A stretch of 64,000 nt of DNA from Eledone cirrhosa (lineage: Eukaryota): NCBI GenBank assembly GCA_964016885.1, contig OZ024743.1, forward strand, positions 180,792,001 to 180,856,000, written 5' to 3'. The first letter of the stretch is position 1. Each line of letters opens with the position of its first letter. Made by a program: the position numbers and the translations under genes. This document shows, one piece after another, positions 1-12,212 of the stretch. Under the pieces are notes generated by a model. It was not told the DNA's origin. It ran no database searches and worked only from the letters and a program-made list of their open reading frames with translations.

Positions 1-1298
1 TGTAGTTGTTGTTGGTGGTGGTGGTGTTGTTGTAGTTGTTGTTGTTGGTGGTGGTGTTGTTGTAGTTGTTGGTGGTGTTGTAGTTGTAGTTGTTGTTGTT
101 GGTGGTGGTTGTGTTGTTGTAGTTGTTGTTGTTGGTGGTGGTGTTGTAGTCGTAGTTGTTGTTGTTGGGGGTGGTGTTGTAGTTGTAGTTGTTGGTGGTG
201 GTGGTGTTGTAGTTGTAGTTGTTGTTGGTGGCGGTGTTGTTGTTGTAGTTGTTGTTGGTGGTGGTGGTGGTGTTGTTGTTGTAGTTGTTGTTGGTGCTGG
301 TGGTGTTGTTGTAGTTGTTGTTGGTGCTGGTGGTGTTGTTGTAGTTGTTGTTGGTGGTGGTGTTGTTGTTGTAGTTGTTGTTGGTGGTGGTGGTTTTGTT
401 GTTGTAGTTGTTGTTGGTGGTGGTGTTGTAGTTGTAGTTGTTGTTGGTGGTGGTGTTGTTGTTGTAGTTGTTGTTGGTGGTGGTGGTGGTTTTGTTGTTG
501 TAGTTGTTGTTGGTGGTGGTGTTGTAGTTGTAGTTGTTGTTGGTGGTGGTGTTGTAGTTGTAGTTGTTGTTGGTGGTGGTGTTGTTGTTGTAGTTGTTGT
601 TGGTGGTGGTGGTGGTTTTGTTGTTGTAGTTGTTGTTGGTGGTGGTGTTGTAGTTGTAGTTGTTGTTGGTGGCGGTGTTGTAGTTGTAGTTGTTGTTGGT
701 GGTGGTGTTGTTGTTGTAGTTGTTGTTGGTGGTGGTGGTGGTTTTGTTGTTGTAGTTGTTGTTGGTGGTGGTGTTGTAGTTGTAGTTGTTGTTGGTGGTG
801 GTGTTGTAGTTGTAGTTGTTGTTGGTGGTGGTGTTGTTGTTGTAGTTGTTGTTGGTGGCAGTGGTGGTGTTGTTGTTGTAGTTGTAGTTGTTGTTGGTGG
901 TGGTGGTGTTGTTGTAGTTGTTGGTGGCGGTGGTGTTGTTGTTGTAGTTGTAGTTGTTGTTGGTGGTGTTGTAGTTGTAGTTGTTGTTGGTGGTGGTGTT
1001 GTAGTTGTAGTTGTTGTTGGTGGTGGTGTTGTAGTTGTAGTTGTTGTTGGTGGTGGTGTTGTTGGTGTTGTTGTTGTTGTTGTTGTTGTTGTAGTTGTAG
1101 TTATTGTTGGTGGTGGTGTTGTAGTTGTAGTTGTTGGTGGTGGTGTTGTAGTTGTAGTTGTTGTTGGTGGTGGTGTTGTTGTTGTTGTTGTTGGTGGTGG
1201 TGTTGTTGTTGTTGTAGTTGTAGTTGTTGTTGGTGGCGGTGTTGTAGTTGTAGTTGTTGTTGATGGCGGTGTTGTTGTTGTAGTTGTTGTTGGTGGTG
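1..1298 (+). repeat. Copy 1 of an apparently identical >=1.3-kb block; copy 2 is at ~10915-12212 (offset 10,914 bp)
   Basis: Track ORF 109..1263 matches the C-terminal part of ORF 10552..12177. The rare variants GGTTGTG, AGTCGT, TGGGGTGG, four GGTTTTG, GGCAGTGG, GTTATTG and TGATGGCGG occur in the same order and spacing in both copies. Confidence 0.9.
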
Positions 1299-2579
1299 GT
1301 GGTGGTGTTGTAGTTGTAGTTGTAGTTGTTGTTGGTGGTGGTGTTGTAGTTGTAGTTGTTGTTGGTGGTGGTGTTGTTGTTGTAGTTGTTGTTGGTGGCA
1401 GTGGTGGTGTTGTTGTTGTAGTTGTAGTTGTTGTTGGTGGTGGTGTTGTTGTAGTTGTTGGTGGCGGAGGTGTTGTTGTTGTAGTTGTAGTTGTTGTTGG
1501 TGGTGTTGTAGTTGTAGTTGTTGTTGGTGGTGGTGTTGTAGTTGTAGTTGTTGTTGGTGGTGTTCTTGTTGTCGTAGTTTTAGTTGTTGTTGGTGTTGTA
1601 GTTGTAGTTGTTGTTGGTGGTGGTGTTGTAGTTGTAGTTGTTGTTGGTGTTGTAGTTGTAGTTGTTGTTGGTGGTGGTGTTGTAGTTGTTGTTGGTGGTG
1701 GTGTTGTTGTAGTTGTTGTTGGTGGCGGTGTTGTAGTTGTAGTTGTTGTTGGTGGTGTTGTTGTTGTTGTAGTTGTAGTTGTTGGTGTTGAAGTTGTTGT
1801 TGGTGGTGGTGGTGTTGTTGTAGTTGTTGTTGGTGGCGGTGTTGTAGTTGTAGTTGTTGTTGGTGGTGTTGTTGTTGTTGTAGTTGTTGTTGGTGTTGTA
1901 GTTGTAGTTGTTGCTGGTGGTGGTGTTGTTGTTGTAGTTGTTGTTGGTGGTGGTGTTGTAGTTGTTGTTGGTGGTGGTGGTGTAGTTGTAGTTGGTGGTG
2001 GTGGTGGTGTTGTTGTTGTAGTTGTAGTTGTTTTTGTTGGTGGTGTTGTAGTTGTTGTTGGTGGTGGTTGTGGTGTTGTTGTTGTAGTTGTAGTTGTTAG
2101 TGGTGGTGTTGTAGTTGTTGTTGGTGGCGGTGTTGTAGTTGTAGTTGTTGTTGGTGGTGTTGTTGTTGTTGTAGTTGTAGTTGTTGGTGTTGTAGTTGTT
2201 GTTGGTGGTGGTGGTGTTGTTGTAGTTGTTGTTGGTGGCGGTGTTGTAGTTGTAGTTGTTGTTGGTGGTGTTGTTGTTGTTGTAGTTGTTGTTGGTGTTG
2301 TAGTTGTAGTTGTTGCTGGTGGTGGTGTTGTTGTTGTAGTTGTTGTTGGTGGTGGTGTTGTAGTTGTAGTTGGTGGTGGTGGTGGTGTTGTTGTTGTAGT
2401 TGTAGTTGTTGTTGTTGGTGGTGTTGTAGTTGTTGTTGGTGGTGGTTGTGGTGTTGTTGTTGTAGTTGTAGTTGTTAGTGGTGGTGTTGTAGTTGTTGTT
2501 GGTGGCGGTGTTGTAGTTGTAGTTGTTGTTGGTGGTGTTGTTGTTGTTGTAGTTGTAGTTGTTGGTGTTGTAGGTGTTG

Positions 2580-5340
2580 TTGGTGGTGGTGTTGTTGTAG
2601 TTGTTGTTGGTGGCGGTGTTGTAGTTGTTGTTGGTGGTGGTGTTGTTGTCGTAGTTGTAGTTGTTGTTGGTGTTGTAGTTGTAGTTGTTGCTGGTGGCGG
2701 TGTTGTTGTTGTAGTTGTTGTTGGTGGTGGTCGTGTTGTTGTTGTAGTTGTTGTTGGTGGTGGTGTTGTAGTTGTAGTTGTTGTTGGTGGTGGTGTTGTA
2801 GTTGTAGTTGGTGGTGGTGGTGGTGTTGTTGTTGTAGTTGTAATTGTTGTTGTTGGTGGTGTTGTAGTTGTTGTTGGTGGTGGTGGTGGTGTTGTTGTTG
2901 TAGTTGTAGTTGTTGTTAGTGGTGGTGTTGTAGTTGTAGTTGTAGTTGTTGTTAGTGGTGGTGTTGTAGTTGTAGTTGTTGTTGGTGGTGTTGTTGTTGT
3001 AGTTGTTGTTGGTGGTGGTGGTGGTGTTGTTGTTGTAGTTGTAGTTGTTGGTGTTGGTGGTGTTGTAGTTGTAGTTGTTGTTGGTGGTGGTGTTGCAGTT
3101 GTAGTTGTTGGTGGTGGTGTTGTAGTTGTAGTTGTTGTTGGTGGTGGTGTTGTTGTTGTAGTTGTTGTTGGTGGTGGTGTTGTAGTTGTAGTTGTTGGTG
3201 GTGGTGGTGTTGTAGTTGTAGTTGTTGTTGGTGGCGTTGTTGTAGTTGTTGTTGGTGGTGGTGGTGGTGTTGTTGTTGTAGTTGTTGTTGGTGGTGGTGG
3301 TGGTGTTGTAGTTGTAGTTGTAGTTGTTGTTGGTGGTGGTGTTGTAGTTGTAGTTGTTGTTGGTGGTGGTGTTGTAGTTGTAGTTGTTGGTGTTGGTGGT
3401 GTTGTAGTTGTAGTTGTTGTTGGTGGTGGTGTTGTAGTTGTAGTTGTTGTTGGTGGTGGTGTTGTAGTTGTTGTTGTTGTTGGTGGTGTTGTTGTTGTAG
3501 TTGTTGTTGGTGGTGGTGTTGTAGTTGTAGTTGTTGGTGTTGGTGGTGTTGTTGTTGTAGTTGTTGTTGGTGGTGGTGTTGTAGTTGTAGTTGTTGTTGG
3601 TGGTGGTGTTGTAGTTGTAGTTGTTGTTGGTGGTGGTGTTGTAGTTGTTGTTGTTGTTGGTGGTGTTGTTGTTGTAGTTGTTGTTGGTGGCGGTGTTGTA
3701 GTTGTAGTTGTTGTTGGTGGTGTTGTTGTTGTTGTAGTTGTTGTTGGTGGTGGTGTTGTAATTGTAGTTGGTGGTGGCGGTGTTGTTGTTGTTGTAGTTG
3801 TTGTTGGTTGTGGTGTTGTTGTTGTAGTTGTTGTTGGTGGCGGTGTTGTAGTTGTAGTTGGTGGTGGCGGTGTTGTTGTTGTTGTAGTTGTTGTTGGTGG
3901 TGGTGTTGTTGTTGTAGTTGTTGTTGTTGTTGGTGGTGTTGTAGTTGTAGTTGTTGTTGGTGGTGTTGTTGTTGTAGTTGATGTTGGTGGTGGTGGTTTT
4001 GTTGTTGTAGTTGTTGTTGGTGGCGGTGTTGTAGTTGTAGTTGTTGTTGGTGGTGTTGTTGTTGTTGTAGTTGTTGTTGGTGGTGGTGTTGTAGTTGTAT
4101 TTGTTGTTGGGGGTGGTGTTGTAGTTGTAGTTGTTGGTGGCGGTGGTGTTGTAGTTGTAGATGTTGGTGGTGGTGTTGTAGTTGTAGTTGTTGTTGGTGG
4201 TGGTGTTGTAGTTGTAGTTGTTGTTGGTGGTGGTGTTGTAGTTGTAGTTGTTGTTGGTGGTGGTGTTGTAGTTGTTGTTGTTGGTGGTGTTGTTGTTGTT
4301 GTTGTTGTTGGTGGTGGCGGTGTTGTAGTTGTAGTTGTTGTTGGTGGTGTTGTTGTTGTAGTTGTAGTTGTTGTTGGTAGTGTTGTTGTTGTTGTAGTTG
4401 TAGTTGTTGGTGTTGTAGTTGTTGTTGGTGGTGGTGTTGTTGTTGTAGTTGTAGTTGTTGGTGTTGTAGGTGTTGTTGGTGGTGGTGTTGTTGTAGTTGT
4501 TGTTGGTGGCGGTGTTGTAGTTGTAGTTGTTGTTGGTGGTGTTGTTGTTGTCGTAGTTGTAGTTGTTGGTGTTGTAGGTGTTGTTGGTGGTGGTGTTGTT
4601 GTAGTTGTTGTTGGTGGCGGTGTTGTAGTTGTAGTTGTTGTTGGTGGTGTTGTTGTTGTTGTAGTTGTAGTTGTTGGTGTTGTAGGTGTTGTTGGTGGTG
4701 GTGTTGTTGTAGTTGTTGTTGGTGGCGGTGTTGTAGTTGTAGTTGTTGTTGGTGGTGTTGTTGTTGTCGTAGTTGTAGTTGTTGTTGGTGTTGTAGTTGT
4801 AGTTGTTGCTGGTGGCGGTGTTGTTGTTGTAGTTGTTGTTGGTGGTGGTCGTGTTGTTGTTGTAGTTGTTGTTGGTGGTGGTGTTGTAGTTGTAGTTGTT
4901 GTTGGTGGTGGTGTTGTAGTTGTAGTTGGTGGTGGTGGTGGTTTTGTTGTTGTAGTTGTAGTTGTTGTTGTTGGTGGTGTTGTAGTTGTTGTTGGTGGTG
5001 GTGGTGGTGTTGTTGTTGTAGTTGTAGTTGTTGTTAGTGGTGGTGTTGTAGTTGTAGTTGTAGTTGTTGTTAGTGGTGGTGTTGTAGTTGTAGTTGTTGT
5101 TGGTGGTGTTGTTGTTGTAGTTGTTGTTGGTGGTGGTGGTGGTGTTGTTGTTGTAGTTGTAGTTGTTGGTGTTGGTGGTGTTGTAGTTGTAGTTGTTGTT
5201 GGTGGTGGTGTTGTAGTTGTAGTTGTTGGTGGTGGTGTTGTAGTTGTAGTTGTTGTTGGTGGTGGTGTTGTTGTTGTAGTTGTTGTTGGTGGTGGTGTTG
5301 TAGTTGTAGTTGTTGGTGGTGGTGGTGTTGTAGTTGTAGT
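2580..5340 (+). repeat. Dispersed ~0.65-kb duplication (~2580-3230 and ~4690-5340, offset ~2,118) and a 108-bp triple tandem at ~4440-4780
   Basis: The marker GGTCGTG lies at ~2729 and ~4847 with shared GCTGGTGGCGG and paired GTTAGTGG. The marker GTAGGTG recurs at 4466, 4574 and 4682. Confidence 0.8.
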
Positions 5341-5643
5341 TGTTGTTGGTGGTGGTGTTGTTGTTGTAGTTGTTGTTGGTGGTGGTGGTGTTGTTGTAGT
5401 TGTAGTTGTAGTTGTTGTTGGTGGTGGTGTTGTAGTTGTAGTTGTTGTTGGTGGTGGTGTTGTAGTTGTAGTTGTTGTTGTTGGTGGTGTTGTAGTTGTA
5501 GTTGTTGTTGTTGGTGGTGGTGGTGTTGTAGTTGTAGTTGTTGGTGTTGGTGGTGTTGTAGTTGTAGTTGTTGTTGGTGGTGGTGTTGTAGTTGTAGTTG
5601 TTGTTGGTGGTGGTGTTGTAGTTGTAGTTGTTGTTGGTGGTGG

Positions 5644-5682
<39 letters not shown>

Positions 5683-8600
5683 AGTTGTTGTTGGTGGTGG
5701 TGGTGTTGTTGTAGTTGATGTTGTGGTGGTGGTGTTGTTGTAGTTGTTGTTGGTGGTGGTGTTGTTGTTGTAGTTGTTGTTGGTGGTGGTGTTGTAGTTG
5801 TAGTTGTTGGTGGTGGTGGTGGTGTTGTAGTTGTAGTTGTTGTTGGTGGTGGTGTTGTAGTTGTTGTAGTTGTTGTTGGTGGTGTTGTTGTTGTAGTTGT
5901 AGTTGTTGTTGTAGGTGGTGTTGTTGTTGTAGTTGTTGTTGTTGGTGGTGGTGTTGTAGTTGTAGTTGTAGTTGTTGTTGGTGGTGGTGGTGTTGTTGTA
6001 GTTGTTGTTGGTGGCGTTGTTGTAGTTGTAGTTGTTGTTGTTGGTGGTGTTGTTGTTGTTGTAGTTGTTGTTGGTGATGGTGGTGTTGTTGTAGTTGTTG
6101 TTGGTGGTGGTGGTGTTGTAGTTGTAGTTGTTGTTGGTGGTGGTGTTGTAGTTGTAGTTGTTGTTGGTGGTGGTGGTGTTGTAGTTGTAGTTGTTGTTGG
6201 TGGTGGTGTTGTAGTTGTAGTTGTTGTTGTAGGTGGTGTTGTTGTTGTTGTAGTTGTTGTTGTTGGTGGTGGTGTTGTTGTTGTAGTTGTTGTTGGTGGT
6301 GGTGGTGTTGTTGTAGTTGTTGTTGGTGGCGTTGTTGTAGTTGTTGTAGTTGTTGTTGGTGGTGGTGTTGTTGTTGTAGTTGTTGTTGGTGGTGGTGTTG
6401 TAGTTGTAGATGTTGTTGGTGGTGGTGTTGTTGTTGTAGTTGTTGGTGGTGGTGCTGTTGTTGTTGTTGTAGTTGTTGTTGGTGGTGGTGTTGTTCTTGT
6501 AGTTGTTGTTGTTGGTGGTGGTGTTGTTGTTGTTGTAGTTGTTGTTGGTGGTGGTGGTGTTGTAGTTGTAGTTGTTGTTGGTGGTGGTGTTGTAGCTGTA
6601 GTTGTTGTTGGTGGTGGTGTTGTAGTTGTAGTTGTTGTTGTAGGTGGTGTTGTTGTTGTTGTAGTTGTTGTTGTTGGTGGTGTTGTTGTTGTTGTAGTTG
6701 TTGTTGGTGGTGGTGTTGTTGTTGTAGTTGTTGTTGGTGGTGGTGTTGTAGTTGTAGATGTTGTTGGTGGTGGTGTTGTTGTTGTAGTTGTTGGTGGTGG
6801 TGCTGTTGTTGTTGTTGTAGTTGTTGTTGGTGGTGGTGTTGTTGTTGTAGTTGTTGTTGTTGGTGGTGTTGTAGTTGTAGATGTTGTTGGTGGTGGTGTT
6901 GTAGTTGTGGTTGTTGGTGGTGGTGTTGTTGTAGTTGTAGTTGGTGGTGGTGGTGTTGTTGTAATTGTTGTTGGTGGTGGTGTTGTAGTTGTAGTTGTTG
7001 TTGGAGGTGGTGTTGTAGTTGTTGTTGTTGGTGGTGGTGTTGTAGTTGTTGTTGGTGGTGGTGGTGTTGTTGTAGTTGTTGTTGGTGGTGGTGTTGTAGT
7101 TGTAGTTGTTGTTGTTGGTGGTGGTGTTGTTGTAGTTGTAGTTGTTGTTGTTGGTGGTGTTGTTGTTGTTGTAGTTGTTGTTGGTGGTGGTGGTGTTGTT
7201 GTAGTTGTTGTTGGTGGTGGTGATGTTGTAGTTGTAGTTGTTGTTGGTGGTGGTGTTGTAGTTGTAGTTGTTGTTGGTGGTGGTGGTGTTGTAGTTGTAG
7301 TTGTTGTTGGTGGTGGTGTTGTAGTTGTAGTTGTTGTTGTAGGTGGTGCTGTTGTTGTTGTAGTTGTTGTTGTTGGTGGTGGTGTTGTTGTTGTAGTTGT
7401 TGTTGGTGGTGCTGTTGTTGTTGTTGTAGTTGTTGTTGGTGGTGGTGTTGTTGTTGTAGTTGTTGTTGTTGGTGGTGTTGTAGTTGTAGTTGTTGTTGGT
7501 GGTGGTGTTGTAGTTGTAGTTGTTGTTGGTGGTGGTGGTGGTGTTGTTGTTGTAGTTGTTGTTGGTGGTGGTGGTGTTGTTGTAGTTGTTGTTGTTGGTG
7601 GTGGTGTTGTAGTTGTTGTTGTTGGTGGTGGTGTTGTAGTTGTTGTTGGTGGTGGTGTTGTTGTTGCAGTTGTTGTTGGTGGTGGTGTTGCTGTTGTAGT
7701 TGTTGTTGTTGGTGGTGGTGGTGTTGTTGTTGTAGTTGTTGGTGGTGGTGGTGTTGTTGTTGTAGGTGTTGTTGGTGGTGGTGTTGTAGTTGTAGTTGTT
7801 GTTGGTGGCGGTGTTGCTGTTGTAGTTGTTGTTGTTGGTGGTGGTGGTGGTGTTGTTGTTGTAGTTGTTGTTGGTGGTGGTGTTGTTGTTGTAGTTGTTG
7901 TTGGTGGCGGTGTTGTTGTTGTAGTTGTTGCTGGTGGTGGTGGTGTTGTTGTAGTTGTTGTTGTGGTGGTGGTGTTGTTGTACTTGTTGTTGGTGGTGGT
8001 GTTGTTGTTGTAGTTGTTGTTGGTGGTGGTGTTGTAGTTGTAGTTGTTGGTGGTGGTGGTGGTGTTGTAGTTGTAGTTGTTGGTGGTGGTGTTGTAGTTG
8101 TAGTTGTTGTTGGTGGTGTTGTTGTTGTAGTTGTTGTAGTTGGTGGTGGTGTTGTTGTTGTTGTTGTAGGTTGTGTTGTTGTTGTAGTTGTTGTTGTTGG
8201 TGGTGTTGTTGTTGTTGTAGTTGTAGTTGTTGTTGGTGGTGGTGGTGTTGTTGTAGTTGTTGGTGGTGGTGTTGTTGTTGTTGTAGTTGTTGTTGGTGGT
8301 GGTGGTGTTGTTGTAGTTGTTGTTGGTGGTGGTGGTGTTGTAGTTGTAGTTGTTGTTGGTGGTGGTGTTGTAGTTGTAGTTTGTGGTGGTGTTGTAGTTG
8401 TAGTTGTTGTTGGTGGTGGTGTTGTTGTTGTAGTTGTAGTTGTTGTTGTAGGTGGTATTGTTGTTGTAGTTGTTGTTGTTGGTGGTGGTGGTGTTGTAGT
8501 TGTAGTTGTTGGTGGTGGTGGTGTTGTTGTTGTTGTAGTTGTTGTTGGTGGTGGTGGTGTTGTTGTAGTTGTTGTTGTTGGTGGTGGTGTTGTTGTAGTT

Positions 8601-10914
8601 GTTGGTGGTGTTGTAGTTGTAGTTGGTGGTGTTGATAGTGGTGGTGTTGTTGTAGTTGTTGTTGTTGGTGGTGGTGTTGTAGTTGTAGTTGTTGTTGTTG
8701 GTGGTGTTGTAGCTGTAGTTGTTGTTGTTGGTGGTGGTGTTGTTGTAGTTGTTGTTGGTGCTGCTGGTGTTGTTGTAGTTGTTGTTGGTGGCTGTGTTGT
8801 AGTTGTAGTTGTTGTTGGTGGTGGTGTTGTTGTTGTAGTTGTTGTTGGTGGTGGTCGTGGTGTTGTTGTTGTAGTTGTTGTAGATGGTGGTGTTGTAGTT
8901 GTAGTTGTTGTTGGTGGTGGTGTTGTAGTTGTAGTTGTTGTTGGTGGTGTTGTTGTTGTAGTTGTTGTTGGTGGCGGTGGTGGTGTTGTTGTTGTAGTTG
9001 TAGTTGTTGTTGGTGGTGGTGGTGTTGTTGTAGTTGTTGGTGGCGGTGGTGTTGTTGTTGTAGTTGTAGTTGTTTTTGGTGGTGGTGTTGTTGTAGTTGT
9101 TGTTGTTGGTGGTGGTGGTGTTGTTGTAGTTGTTGTTGGTGGTGGTGTTGTAGTTGTAGTTGTTGTTGGAGGTGGCGTTGTAGTTGTTGTTGTTGGTGGT
9201 GGTGTTGTAGTTGTTGTTGGTGGTGGTGGTGTTGTTGTAGTTGTTGTTGGTGGTGGTGTTGTAGTTGTAGTTGTTGTTGTTGGTGGTGGTGTTGTTGTAG
9301 TTGTTGTTGGTGGTGGTGGTGGCGTTGTTGTTGTAGTTGTTGGTGGTGGTGGTAGTTTTGTTGTTGTAGTTGTTGTTGGTGGTGGTGTTGTTGTTGTAGT
9401 TGTTGTTGGTGGCGGTGTTGTTGTTGTAGTTATTGTTGGTGGTGGTGTTGCTGTTGTAGTTGTTGTTGTTGTTGGTGGTGGCGTTGTTGTTGTAGTTGTT
9501 GGTGGTGGTGGTGTTGTTGTTGTAGTTGTTGTTGGTGTTGTAGTTGTAGTTGTTGTTGGTGGCGGTGTTGCTGTTGTAGTTGTTGTTGTTGGTGGTGGTG
9601 GTGTTGTTGTTGTAGTTGTTGTTGGTGGTGGTGTTGTTGTTGTAGTTGTTGTTGGTGGCGTTGTTGTTGTTGTAGTTGTTGTTGGTGGTGGTGGTGTTGT
9701 TGTAGTTGTTGTTGTGGTGGTGGTGTTGTTGTAGTTGTTGTTGGTGGTGGTGTTGTTGTCGTAGTTGTTGTTGGTGGTGGTGTTGTTGTTGTAGTTGTTG
9801 GTGGTGGTGGTGGTGTTGTAGTTGTAGTTGTTGGTGGTGGTGGTGGTGTTGTAGTTGTAGTTGTTGTTGGTGGTGGTGTTGTAGTTGTTGTAGTTGTTGT
9901 TGGTGGTGTTGTTGTTGTAGTTGTTGTTGTTGGTGGTGGTGTTGTAGTTGTAGTTGGTGGTGGTGTTGTTGTTGTAGTTGTAGTTGTTGTTGTAGGTGGT
10001 GTTGTTGTTGTAGTTGTTGTTGTTGGTGGTGGTGTTGTTGTAGTTGTTGTTGGTGGCGTTGTTGTAGTTGTAGTTGTTGTTGGTGGTGGTGTTGTTGTTG
10101 TTGTAGTTGTTGTTGGTGGTGGTGGTGGTGTTGTAGTTGTAGTTGTTGTTGGTGGTGGTGGTGTTGTAGTTGTAGTTGTTGTTGGTGGTGGTGTTGTAGT
10201 TGTAGTTGTTGTTGTAGGTGGTGTTGTTGTTGTAGTTGTTGTTGTTGGTGGTGATGTTGTTGTTGTAGTTGTTGTTGGTGGTGGTGGTGTTGTTGTAGTT
10301 GTTGTTGGTGGCGTTGTTGTAGTTGTAGTTGTTGTTGGTGGTGGTGTTGTTGTTGTTGTAGTTGTTGTTGGTGGTGGTGGTGTTGTTGTAGTTGTTGTTG
10401 TTGGTGGTGTTGTAGCTGTAGTTGTTGTTGGTGGTGGTGTTGTAGTTGTAGTTGTTGTTGGTGGTGGTGGTGTTGTAGTTGTTGTTGGTGGTGGTGTTGT
10501 AGCTGTAGTTGTTGTTGGTGGTGGTGTTGTAGTTGTAGTTGTTGTTGTAGGTTGTGTTGTTGTTGTTGTAGTTGTTGTTGTTGTTGGTGGTGTTGTAGTT
10601 GTTGTTGTTGTTGGTGGTGGTGGTGTTGTTGTAGTTGTTGTTGGTGCTGGTGGTGTTGTTGTAGTTGTTGTTGTTGGCGGTGTTGTAGTTGTAGTTGTTG
10701 TTGGTGGTGGTGTTGTTGTTGTAGTTGTTGTTGGTGGCAGTGGTGGTGTTGTTGTTGTTGTTGGTGGTGGTGTTGTAGTTGTAGTTGTTGTTGGTGGTGG
10801 TGTTGTTGTTGTAGTTGTAGTTGTTGTTGTAAGTGGTGTTGTTGTTGTAGTTGTTGTTGTTGGTGGTGGTGGTGTTGTAGTTGTAGTTGTTGGTGGTGGT
10901 GGTGTTGTTGTTGT

Positions 10915-12212
10915 TGTAGTTGTTGTTGGTGGTGGTGGTGTTGTTGTAGTTGTTGTTGTTGGTGGTGGTGTTGTTGTAGTTGTTGGTGGTGTTGTAGTTG
11001 TAGTTGTTGTTGTTGGTGGTGGTTGTGTTGTTGTAGTTGTTGTTGTTGGTGGTGGTGTTGTAGTCGTAGTTGTTGTTGTTGGGGGTGGTGTTGTAGTTGT
11101 AGTTGTTGGTGGTGGTGGTGTTGTAGTTGTAGTTGTTGTTGGTGGCGGTGTTGTTGTTGTAGTTGTTGTTGGTGGTGGTGGTGGTGTTGTTGTTGTAGTT
11201 GTTGTTGGTGCTGGTGGTGTTGTTGTAGTTGTTGTTGGTGCTGGTGGTGTTGTTGTAGTTGTTGTTGGTGGTGGTGTTGTTGTTGTAGTTGTTGTTGGTG
11301 GTGGTGGTTTTGTTGTTGTAGTTGTTGTTGGTGGTGGTGTTGTAGTTGTAGTTGTTGTTGGTGGTGGTGTTGTTGTTGTAGTTGTTGTTGGTGGTGGTGG
11401 TGGTTTTGTTGTTGTAGTTGTTGTTGGTGGTGGTGTTGTAGTTGTAGTTGTTGTTGGTGGTGGTGTTGTAGTTGTAGTTGTTGTTGGTGGTGGTGTTGTT
11501 GTTGTAGTTGTTGTTGGTGGTGGTGGTGGTTTTGTTGTTGTAGTTGTTGTTGGTGGTGGTGTTGTAGTTGTAGTTGTTGTTGGTGGCGGTGTTGTAGTTG
11601 TAGTTGTTGTTGGTGGTGGTGTTGTTGTTGTAGTTGTTGTTGGTGGTGGTGGTGGTTTTGTTGTTGTAGTTGTTGTTGGTGGTGGTGTTGTAGTTGTAGT
11701 TGTTGTTGGTGGTGGTGTTGTAGTTGTAGTTGTTGTTGGTGGTGGTGTTGTTGTTGTAGTTGTTGTTGGTGGCAGTGGTGGTGTTGTTGTTGTAGTTGTA
11801 GTTGTTGTTGGTGGTGGTGGTGTTGTTGTAGTTGTTGGTGGCGGTGGTGTTGTTGTTGTAGTTGTAGTTGTTGTTGGTGGTGTTGTAGTTGTAGTTGTTG
11901 TTGGTGGTGGTGTTGTAGTTGTAGTTGTTGTTGGTGGTGGTGTTGTAGTTGTAGTTGTTGTTGGTGGTGGTGTTGTTGGTGTTGTTGTTGTTGTTGTTGT
12001 TGTTGTAGTTGTAGTTATTGTTGGTGGTGGTGTTGTAGTTGTAGTTGTTGGTGGTGGTGTTGTAGTTGTAGTTGTTGTTGGTGGTGGTGTTGTTGTTGTT
12101 GTTGTTGGTGGTGGTGTTGTTGTTGTTGTAGTTGTAGTTGTTGTTGGTGGCGGTGTTGTAGTTGTAGTTGTTGTTGATGGCGGTGTTGTTGTTGTAGTTG
12201 TTGTTGGTGGTG
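10915..12212 (+). repeat. Copy 2 of the block at 1-1298
   Basis: The same variant series appears at a constant offset of 10,914. The copies diverge just after the TGATGGCGG marker (1261 versus 12175). Confidence 0.9.

Larger units (their letters stand above)
1..5721 (-). other. Candidate Thr/Pro-rich (mucin PTS-like) open reading phase, ~1,900 codons, (T7P3)n; no start codon, runs off the window
   Basis: Triplet phase is constant from 1 to 5721. The reverse complements of TGT/AGT/TGG/CGG are ACA/ACT/CCA/CCG = Thr/Thr/Pro/Pro, and I saw no in-frame stop. Weak evidence: ACN and CCN codons are at least two substitutions from a stop, so openness is expected by composition. Confidence 0.25.

Noticed and set aside
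296-303. E. coli Chi site GCTGGTGG, recurring many times on the + strand
   Set aside because: It is a single T-to-C change from the repeat background (GTTGGTGG or GGTGGTGG) and was multiplied by duplication. Nothing indicates a bacterial RecBCD context.
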